A stretch of 64,000 nucleotides of DNA from Octopus sinensis (taxonomy: Eukaryota): NCBI RefSeq assembly GCF_006345805.1, contig NW_021833039.1, forward strand, positions 22,458 through 86,457, written 5' to 3'. The translations under genes and the position numbers were made by a program. The notes beneath the pieces were generated by a model. The model saw nothing but the letters and a program-made list of their open reading frames with translations. It made no database searches and was not told the origin of the DNA. Below, in pieces: positions 11,170 to 20,918 of this stretch (positions are counted from its first letter, which is position 1; every line of letters starts with the position of its first letter).

Positions 11170-12760
11170 CTTTTTATTGACCAAGATATAACTATTTTTC
11201 CAAATTAATCAATTAAATTCTAATTCATCCACGTTAATTCTTTGATTGAAAGGACGAGCAAATAGACAGGCAGTTTCCGCGCAATATCGCGAGCGAAATG
11301 CGCTGAAAAAACCAGCTAGACTCACGTCTCTCGTGACTCTTCCTCGAGGTCATCAAGCCGATCTCCGAAAGGAACTCCAGGTCTTTTGGACCGATTATCC
11401 CACTCGTCTCGAAAGCCGGGGGGACGAAAATGCAGGTGTTCTCCAATGAGACGTACTTTGCGATTTTTTTCGCTTTGGCATGTGCGGAGGGTGAGCCAGG
11501 GCGGGAGGCAGAGTCGATGAGAGATGACGAGGAAAACGAGTCGAGACAGGTGACGTCCCAAACGAGAGCGAGTCCCCCCTTGAACGGGAATAGCGTGGAC
11601 CCATCGGGACATTTTCCGTCACCACGGTCTAACCCAACCGGCTCCAGGACAGAAGGGAATCCAGCGGCGTTGAGCGCGCGCTTAACAATATCATTCAAGG
11701 CGGCATGTCTGGGTATTCGGCCGGCACTGAGGCGACAAGGGAATGGGTTTAGCCTTCTCCTGTCAATGACTTTTCCGCATTTGCACTGATGTGCCTGGCA
11801 AATCTCGATCCCAAGGCGTAGACACAAACCAATGCGGACGAATTCGTTGTCCAGGTACATTCCAGCAGAGGAAACCAGCAAAGCGTCAAGCCAATCGGGC
11901 GAGTGGGGTTGACAGGCACAATTAATGCTTGCACTACTCCTCTCGACGACATAGTGATTGCTTCAAGAAACAATTCCATCGACGCTGCAACAAACTCACT
12001 CCAAACTCATCTAGACTCTCTGACCAAATGGCTAGGATCTAACCATATGACACATCATTTCTACTCTGGCCGATCAATGTAGATGTCTTTCAAAAATACT
12101 CTCAACCAACAATGGGAAAACTGCGAATAAACTAATCCATGACTACATCTCCTCTCGTGCTATCAGGATGCTCAAAAACAACAAACTTCTCAACTCTCCC
12201 CCTCGTTGGTCCATTCCTCAGAGCAATCACTCGGCAGATACCTCCGTGTCCAGCTTGCTCAGATTCGCTCGGGACATCATCCACTCATTTTCGAAACATA
12301 CCGTTCCTTCACCCCTGAAGACCTCTTCCCCTGTCCTGGACCGCCTCACTTGTCTCCGCCTATTGGGATTCGGGATCTCTGGGAGCGCCCGATCTTCGCG
12401 TCTCGCTACCTGATTGCAGCCGGCTTCCTACGTGTTAGTGAAGCCGGGGTAACATAACTAACTAACTAATGCTTGCCAATTGAAACTGGTCAGCACGTAG
12501 GCGGATATCTTCGAGTACATGCGAACAATTAAATCATCCCAGTTCTTTTGAACTGAGGGGACGTCCGGGGTTTTGAGCCCATGAGAAATCCACATGTTGA
12601 CACCTGCCGCGTATTCCAACAACTCGAGGTGTTCAGAGAAAGAAAAGAGAACAGAGTTGACGAAATCAGCGGAAGCAGACAACGAGGAGAGGTAACATGG
12701 GAGGGATAAATCTCCACAAGAACGAATGCCGATGCTTCCCTAACGAATAGGTAGATTAAC
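11170..12760 (-). mobile_element. CRE-like RLE-type non-LTR retrotransposon, 5'-truncated, interrupted by a LINE
   Basis: Post-RT LPIR.G.IGIR motif, WLDAL..SS.G, RLG...CQAHQCKCG knuckle, RHAALND, PD-(D/E)xK endonuclease PDG...WDVT, FVP.AFETSG, FQRISLAILRGN. Confidence 0.85.
11933..12466 (+). mobile_element. 5'-truncated, internally deleted LINE with (TAAC)n tail
   Basis: 10-bp TSD TAATGCTTGC (11923-11932 and 12467-12476); RT remnant DDIVIASR..LQTHLDSL..WL and C-terminal LAQIRSGHHPL; 8-bp stem CCGGCTTC/GAAGCCGG just before the tail. Confidence 0.85.
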
Positions 12761-12767
12761 CCGTCGC

Positions 12768-13175
12768 ATGTCTGAAGGTTTGAATTTGATATTTACGAGT
12801 AGTTCAAGAGCTTTGGAGACCATGTTGTCGAGACGAGATAAATGATTTTGTTCGAGAAAGCAGGGCGATGAGCTCCAATCAAAACCATGTTAAGCCACCT
12901 CACCGAGTCCAACTTCTAAATTTTCTCATCGTTGAATACTTACAGTTCCACAACTACAATCACACTGCATTGACACTGGAAACCGGTATTAGGTCGACTG
13001 TAAGTCATAGAAACGGGGTCGCATTTCTTTATAAATCGTAGTGAAATGATGAGGCGGCTGACCCTCCAGGACAGTAACTGCACTGCCGCAATGTGATAAT
13101 GCTTCCACTAGATCATTTAGTTCTCTCTTGACGAACATTCTCTTTGATGAAACTGAGATCTCTGAACAACACTAA
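12768..13175 (+). CDS. CEP20: LisH-domain centrosomal protein, CEP20/FOPNL(FOR20)-like, 4 exons, about 109 aa
   Basis: Splicing introns 12778-12802, 12986-13010 and 13093-13120 gives an open frame with PPHRVQLLNFLIVEYLQFHNYNHTALTLETETG (LisH) and ISLLTNIL; absent from the ORF track. LisH family call is firmer than the orthology. Confidence 0.65.
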
Positions 13176-13320
13176 ATTATTTTTAAATACTGACTTTTTT
13201 ATGTGCGTCCATTTCGTAAAAATACACTTTCTTCAATAAGTCATCTTTCTTCTCAATTCATTTGGCACATTTGTTAATTTTTTTGATGGATCGTTCATAG
13301 AACTCATCTAAGGTCTAGAG

Positions 13321-13680
13321 CAGCGGTTCTCAAGAATTTTTAGCAGCACATTTTTTTAACTTAACAAAGATAAAGTATTTGTTATTTCAGTTTGAACGGA
13401 AGAAGATACATGTGATTTTTGTTTTACTGTGTACATCCAATTTAGAGTTGAGCGCTATCGCCGCACATTTTTTAAATAACTTTATAAACTACTTAGTCAT
13501 ATTTTCAAAATCTGGTACGATATTATATGTCGAGGTCCGCAACAATAAACTTAAATAAACATCTATATCTGTTCTTAATTTTTCTTTCCGAAATTCGAAA
13601 TTCCACATAATCTTAGCTATCTTGCTGAAAATGATTCGCTTACGTATATTTTGATCAGAAAATTGAAGCATTCATATATG
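13321..13680 (-). mobile_element. Buster/Charlie-type hAT 3' end remnant
   Basis: TIR CAGCGGTTCTCAA preceded by GTCTAGAG (typical NTCTAGAN target); LR..STYNIVPDFENM dimerisation-domain-like remnant. Confidence 0.65.
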
Positions 13681-13907
13681 CATTATTCACTAGATTCTTA
13701 AATTTTTCTTTAGGTAGACATTGGTAAAATTCCAAAAGGGAAGTATTATAAAATAAGGCACTCAACTCTAAATTTCTTGTCAAATCACTTAATTACATTT
13801 GGAATCGTACAGGACATTCTCCAATTTTGACATCGAAGAGTGTCGCAAATATTTTCATTAAGGGTAAGTTTTCTCTAAAATTTTACATTTTAGTATACAA
13901 TGGTAGT

Positions 13908-14923
13908 TCAAAATTTAGTATGACCCCCCTGAGCATTAATTGCGTCTAAAATTCTGTTCCGCATTGTTCCAACAAGGGATGTCGCATATTCTATTGAAAG
14001 ATCATTCCAAATATTTTTTAATTCCTCAAATAGGTCACTCTTTTTTTTAAATTCAGTCCCTTTTATTTTATGTTTCATGAAGGCCCACACGTGCTCGATT
14101 GGATTCAAATCGGGACTTTGAGGAGGCCATTGTAATAACTCAATTCGGTGTTCATTAAAAAAATCTTTAGCCACCTTGCATGTGTGCTTTGGATCATTAT
14201 CTTGCTGATAAATTGGAGACCGGATCCCGGTTTTCTCCAAAAAGGCAACAAATAGTCCGCCAAGATACTTACATACAAGTTCCCATTCATAATTCCCTTT
14301 ATCCAAACAAGTTCCGAAAAACATTCCGATGTAAATGCGCCCCAAACCATTACGTTCTCTTTTCCAAACTTGACTGTTGTAGTAACATTTTCGCTAAAAA
14401 GCCTTTGTCCCCTTTTTCTCCAGACAAATTTTCTTCCATCGGGATTAAATAGATTGAATTTCGATTCATCACTAAAGATAACTCGATTCCAGAACACATT
14501 CGGCAACATGTTCCACTTAATGCACTGAGAAAGTCTAGTCTTTTTGTGTTCTTTCGACAGATATGGCCTTTTCGTAGGCTGAAACGTCGATATGTTCAGT
14601 TTTTTCAAATAGTTCCTCACTGTCTGTGATGTGACAGCAGTTCCCGTTTCAGAACGTAAAATTTCCGAACATTTTACGGAATTGAAAACAACGTCAGTTT
14701 TTTGTTCACGTTGAATTATTCCGAGATCATCAGAGTTAAGTTTAAATCTTCGTCCTGAGCCTTTTTTTCTCTGGAAGGAATCATTCATGGTGAAGTTTCG
14801 AATGACTCTCGAGATGGCACTCAGAGATCTTCCGGTCAAATTTCTTATTTCCCGATATGACTTTCCGACTTTATAATACGTAATAATTTCTGCTTTTTCT
14901 TGTAATGTAAGTTGTAAAACCAT
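13908..14923 (-). mobile_element. Tc1 transposase DD34E, full-length but with one frameshift
   Basis: HTH, FSDESKF, QQDNDPKH-34 aa-DLNPIE, GGHTKF*; a single T loss in a T-run near 14240 joins the two ORFs; TIRs not identified. Confidence 0.92.
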
Positions 14924-15189
14924 GTAACAAGAATCAACACGTGTAATAAAGTAAAAAAATGGTTTAAAAAACTCTTTTGTTCTCTTTTTTATTTTGTTTT
15001 GTTCTCTTTTTTATTTTGTTTGAAAAAAAATTGGTTTAAATACATATTAAAATCTTTGACGTTTGGATTTTTATAAAAGGCAAAAGTTAAGATTATAGCT
15101 TGAAATTCGATTTTTTATTAAAATAAATCAATCATTCAATAGAAAAAAATCGAGAAAATGAGTGTTCCGTTTTTTATTTGTATCGCTGT

Positions 15190-15570
15190 ATTTGTAACTT
15201 AGCCCCAAAATGACACTCAAATTGAGAACTGGAAGGGATGGTCATTTTACCCAAAGAAAAGGGACTTCCATTCCGGGAAAATCTCTCAATCAGAAAACCC
15301 TGAGAGATTAGTTTACCCGGATACTTTACAAGTTCCTCGATTCCAACCCAATTCGGGAAGTTCCTAAGCATTATCACTGACGCACGTAGCTTTGTCTCCT
15401 CGATTTTGTGACCAATTGGCTCAAAAGGTTGGTTATTCGTACAGTAGTCGACAAAACCGGAAAGATCCTCTTTCATTTTGAAATCCAAAACGTAGTCCCC
15501 CAAGTGACGCAGAGGCCTGGGTAGTCGGAGATTTAAGATTCTTTTTGTATTTAGAATAATTCATCGTGAG
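15190..15570 (-). mobile_element. Possible LINE ORF1 (RRM-like) fragment
   Basis: VIMLRNFPNWV..EEL..YPGKLIS resembles RRM-like ORF1 of L1/Tx1 elements; frameshifted; weak. Confidence 0.3.
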
Positions 15571-15679
15571 TTTTTTATTTTTAATTTCTATTTTTTTGGT
15601 CACTAGAACACACGTCACGTCACTCGTTAAGATTATAAAGTGAAATATCATGGATTAGGTGGGACAATCCGATTTTTTT

Positions 15680-17050
15680 ACGATTTCGAACGACTTTTAG
15701 TAGTTGATCGCGCACTAATTTTGTTGGCTTGGCACCAGACGTTAATAGTGATCCGGGCGATATCGTGTTTTAGCGTCTAAAATCATAAGGGACCAATTTT
15801 GATTAGAAATCGCAACTAAATTAATATATTATATGATTTTTTAAAAAATTATATAATTATCAAAATATATTATCTGCAACGCTTTAACAGTATTTTGAAT
15901 TGATGTCTCGTGAAGGCCGTTGCATCGACTATAACCAAAATATGATTTGTTACTATTTGAATTGAATCACCGAGATTTTGTGGAAATAACAATGACCACG
16001 CAAGATCGGTCAATTGGTTGGCTCAATATCAGCTAATCAAAAATTCGATTATCTGTACGGATTATTGGCCAGCCTACAATAGAATCGAATTGCTAGGATA
16101 TGCCGATTTAAGAGTCAACCACAGCCGCAATTTTGTTGACCAGAACAATCGCTCCCACTACGCAGGGAATCGAGTCATTGTGTCTCACGCCAAGAAAAAG
16201 CTAAAAGGATGAATGGAACATCCCGTGTTCTTTTTAATTCTTATCGGCGGAATTTGAATAGCGGTGGAGAAATGATACGATCCCTGTGGAGGCGGGAATG
16301 CATTATTAAATGTTAATAACTATTAATTTCAGATCCTTTGTCTTAATAATTCGAGTTTTCACTGTTTTCTGTTTTTACTAAATTGCTGTAAAAAATGTAG
16401 TTTTAAAAAATTTAATTTAGGGTTGCCACAGTATTGTACATATAAATTTAATTATAATAATTTTTAAAAATATAATATATAATTTAATTTAGTTGCGATT
16501 TCTAATCAGAATTGGTCCCTTATGATTTTAAGACGCTAAAACACGATATCGCTAGTGATCCCGTTCATGTTGTCCGTCCAAAGGGTCCCGAATAAGTCAT
16601 CCTCATAAATTTGTGGCCACCTCCATTCTCACAGCTTTTTGCTCGTCGTGTTATGGCCGTCCTTACTGACGATGATGCACCAGAACCCGCCTTTCAATTT
16701 TCCGCTATTGCACCTCGTCAATGTGCGCAGAAGCCTTGAAGAGACAAATGTTACTCCGACACTGTTGAAAGCTCTAGCATGACTCCAAGCTTAGCTAACT
16801 GCCAATATTCCTCGACCCAGTCAAAAGTGCAGAGAGATTGCATTCGATCTTTGTAGTCAATGCGTGGATCTATTGACCAGAATGTCCAATCTATTGACCA
16901 GCTCATATTTAGTTTGTGCCCTTTGTTAAATCGCACTACCTGAATATTTAGCACAATCTGAGGATTCTGAAAAGTTACTCGCCTAGTTTTTCCCACTATT
17001 CTAATAAATCGTAGAATGCAGGGGAGAAGGAAGGTGATAATTATAGACAT
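15680..17050 (-). CDS. Hypothetical protein with hydrophobic N-terminus, last exon apparently split by Merlin
   Basis: 99-aa ORF with N-terminal hydrophobic stretch; GT-AG introns extend it to KWRWPQIYEDDLFGTLWTDNMNGIT|INVWCQAN across the Merlin TSD. Model speculative, no family recognised. Confidence 0.3.
15755..16552 (+). mobile_element. Merlin (IS1595/ISXO2-like) DNA transposon, internally deleted
   Basis: About 90-bp TIRs (GCGATATCGTGTTTTAGCGTC...), 9-bp TSD TAGTGATCC (15746-15754 and 16553-16561), IICTDYWPAY...VNHSRNFVD transposase motif. Confidence 0.9.
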
Positions 17051-17353
17051 CAGTTTTTGTACAAAGAAGTTCCCGCAAACATATACAATTAAAAAAATTC
17101 AAGTAACTAACATTAGGCAATAGGGCTGATCACATTTGTGTGTTAGAGGTCATTCACCGGGTTGGTGTCTATAATCCTGCAAATGTCGATCACGATAGAC
17201 AAATAGAAAATATTACTTCAATTTAAGTAAGAGTTCCGAATGAGGTCAGCTATTCGGGCAAATGTATTGAGAGAACAGCATGCATTAATTAGAATAATTG
17301 TCAGATGTTATTTAGTTTAGTAAAGATAAGTAATTGAAATTATTGATGACACG

Positions 17354-17693
17354 TTAACAAAGATTGCATGTCCTGCGACAGTTTTTTGCTATAAACACCG
17401 AAAAACCCTCAAATTTACAATTGTTTTGTATATCTTGACATAAAGATGAAGTATCCTTGCACACTTGAATGAAACTGTTTATTAAATGTGTACCTTTCTT
17501 GCACAACCCGCATGATTTTTTGCACATTTGCCGCATCTGTGAGCCCATCCAGTTCGGATACACACAGTACCCTCTCCTCGCATTCAAGTCGCAAAATTTT
17601 TTCTGATCAGTGCAGTCTATCAATAACTGTCCTAATTGACAAACCTTCAGTTGAATAGATGGCAAGACACAATGCAAAGAGGAATATAATCAT
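17354..17693 (-). CDS. Secreted tandem ShKT-domain micro-protein (about 92 aa)
   Basis: ATG 17693, signal peptide MIIFLFALCLAIYSTE, introns 17617-17644 (28 nt) and 17464-17493 (30 nt), two six-Cys ShKT domains ending CKKSCGLC and CRRTCNLC*. Confidence 0.85.
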
Positions 17694-17838
17694 CTAAAGT
17701 AGTGTGAGCATTGTGTATTTATATATAGAGTGAACATATGCTTTCGAATCAATCAGGACGCATCAAAAGTCACGCCTTCAAAATTAATTCCCAAGTTCGG
17801 TCTTTTTGCTGAGCTAACCAGAACATAAATAATCAGCT

Positions 17839-19197
17839 TTATTGAAATGTGTTAGATTGTCTGAATAATTCTAGATTGACAAAATCGACGATGGCTGAAA
17901 CCATCTGCAGTAAAAGAGAAAAAGTCACCTAGAACAAACTCAAGCTAATGTACATTAATCCAGGCAGGAGTGTCAGTGACCTTCTTCCAATTGTACTCGT
18001 CTCCAAACCCCTTGTTGAAACTGACGTTGGCAGTGCACCACTCAGACCATCTAAACATGCGCTGATCGAATGCATCTGACATGTTAATGATTATCTCTAC
18101 ATTTGTTGTTGTCGGTCAAAAACAACTGAATATCTTGGATGATGTCTCTGAACACTTGCCGCATGTTGCAGATCTTCCTAGTGCTGAGTCACCCAATTAC
18201 CTCGATTCTCTGCCTACTCGTTAGTCTGGTGATACTGCGCCCCGACTTATGATTCACTTCAACAAAGATACAACGAGTCGCGTTATAAGTCAAACTGATC
18301 ACGTGTCGTGGGTTTCTTTCGAAGGTGACCCCCTCACAAATGTAACTTCTACTTGATGACTGAAAAGTGTAAAACTTTGAATGCTCGGAACATTTGTTAC
18401 TCTGAGTAGTTATGATTGCTCCCACGGAATATTCATGTTTACTCCCCAAGACACGATTTCCGGTGACTGTGAACTGATTTATCGAAGGACAGGCAGTGAA
18501 AGCGCCTCCTTTCGACACTCCGAACTCCCAGTACTGGACGGAGCACCAATGATAATAATCTCTATTAAATATCGATTGCATACAAATGTGGAGATATCGC
18601 TCAAATATTTCATCCAGTCCTCGCACTAGTCATGAATCACTCCAAAAATACTCAGTTCCGAGTTGGTGGAACAAGTCGACTCGTGTAACTTGTTTTCTAA
18701 AATGAGGGATTAATTCAACCAATGAGCAGCCTCTCGCTTCTCTCGCATCGGTAGTGGTATGGGTTTATGCACATGTGAAGTTGCCCTTTCCGAAATCCGT
18801 TTTCGCACAAAGAAACCAACTCACAGATTTCCACATCCTCCACCCGGAAGAGACGAAAGATAATCACGTGCGGGTAGTGTTTTCTCCCGGCAATCTGAAT
18901 CAGTCGTGGAAAGTCAACCTGAATTCGTCCATCAACAGTGGACTCGATGCTCACACATCCTGTCGCTTGACGCCCTCCGTTGACAATTGCTTTAACAAAG
19001 TCTTGGATAACCTCGGAACTTTTGAATCTTCGGAGAAAGCCTTTGATCAAAGTTCTTGAATTCTCCTGTTTTGTCCCGTCTCTGGGAACTGTGCAGAAAA
19101 TTAGATCGTCTGTGATTTCGTTGTACTCCCCGTCTTTCCCAAACATTTCTGAGACAGACGCGTTTTGTCCATTTAAATATCGTGTTGGTCCGGACAT
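17839..19197 (-). CDS. SMAD: Divergent Smad (MH1 + MH2), 5' end uncertain
   Basis: MH1: GCVSI, DGRIQ|IAGRKHYPHV, LCENGF, CINPYHY (Zn ligands kept); MH2: WCSVQYWE, SFNKGFGDEY..VTDTPAWI; joined by 22-26 nt introns; no C-terminal SSXS. Confidence 0.9.
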
Positions 19198-19379
19198 TGA
19201 ATACGCCGTTCCAGTTTGTCGAAATACTCATTGTTTGAGTTTCTCAGGGGCATCGGGAAACCCCATTTGCTCCCTCTTTCATTCAAAAAGTTTACGAATC
19301 ATGAAAATTTTGCCAAATATAGACTATGATAATTATAATTTCCATTTAAATTATAATAAGTGGGATTAATCTCCCTAAA

Positions 19380-20640
19380 ATAGTACCATTTTATTGTTTC
19401 CTAGACTAATAAGCAAATCAATTATCAAATTGCATGCATCCTAATCTTCTCAATAAACTGGCTTCTCGATTCATTTTGCTTTTCCCTGCACATTCACAAT
19501 TGTCTATGCCTGTAAAATGAAATTAAACAGGCAAGGTTTCTATCTCTTCTGTTTTCTTCAATCCTCAGGGAGTTGGATATTCCATTATAAAAGCTTAAGT
19601 AAATACAGTATGAATAGCATCTCCACCCAAATATGGCTTGAGTATAAATTATAACAACAGTCTGAAATGAAGAGCACAATATAATGAAGTGAAGTAACTG
19701 TAACCAACTTCGGTGGCCGATGATTTTAAGCAATACTCAAATAATATGTATAATAATGAGTTAAATAGGCGTAACATCTCGAATGTGCATGTCATGATAA
19801 TTGTTAGTTATTTGATATTATATCAGCCTCAATTAAATCAGATTTGACGACCTTGAATGCAAGCAAACCTACAAACTGTAAAAGACTAAGCAGATTTCCC
19901 TTTTCGAAGTTAGATTTCTTATAATCTCTTGACTTGTAATAAATAAGGGATTAATCAAAGTTGTTTAGCCTGAAAGTACGACAAATGAGTCGATCAAAGA
20001 GAGTAAAATTCATAATTGGAAAGGGAAAGACTCGTTAATAACATGTATTGCGAATGACCTAATTCACTCTGGCTTTACTAAAACGACTATAATTCTATTA
20101 AACTCTTATGAGCAATGGTTTATGCTGAGACAAAAATTTTACTCGAGACTAAATTGACCCCATCGAGGTTAAATTATGGATTCTGATAATAAAGAAGCCC
20201 TAAATTACTTATTTGCAGTCATGTGATCAATTAGTCTATCAAATTAAAATCCAAACAAACTAAAGTCTAAAATTAAGAAATTTAATTTGAAGAGTGGGTG
20301 CCAAAAAATAAAAATCTCACTTCTGTAAATTAAAGCTGAAAAGTAAAGTCCGGATTATATTCATTGCTTGAATTGTATCAAAACATGGAATTTGGAGAAA
20401 CATAGAGAATGTAAATGCGAGGAGTCCCACTCTACTGAAAACAGAATCCCGAGGGGCCAAGCAAATTAATGGACTCAACGACAATGTGTATTTCATAAGG
20501 AAATTATTAACTTCTTGTTTACCTATTATTAGCAGGAAGCCAAAAATAATATAAAAATATTTTTTCTAGGAACTATATCTGATAATTCCGACTTGATCAA
20601 AACGCATCGTCAAACATCGGACACAAGGACTAACAAAACA
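19380..20640 (-). CDS. Possible multi-exon membrane-protein gene, not decoded
   Basis: Several hydrophobic in-frame stretches and GT-AG micro-intron-like segments on the minus strand; no consistent model obtained. Confidence 0.2.
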
Positions 20641-20918
20641 AGACTCAACTAACGAGTTTATTCATTTGTGGGAATATAACTTATGTGTCAATTTTTCATT
20701 TCACATCGACGAACGTAACAACCAAAGTTATAAAAATTCGTTTCAGTCACAAACAAAGCACAAAGGAATGACCGGATTGCGACGGAGACATTGCAACATC
20801 AAAATGATAAACACAGAAATTTACTTTGGTGAGTTTTCTAGGGAAATTAATTTAGCTTCGAAAATTTTTATTTGGAATGGAATGTGAAATTCATTAGAAA
20901 TTTTGATCATTCTGAAAA

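Noticed and set aside
12920-13170. Cystine-knot hormone-like ORF on the minus strand (CCSE...QCDCSCG)
   Set aside because: It contains a stop and is the antisense of the intact spliced LisH gene on the plus strand.
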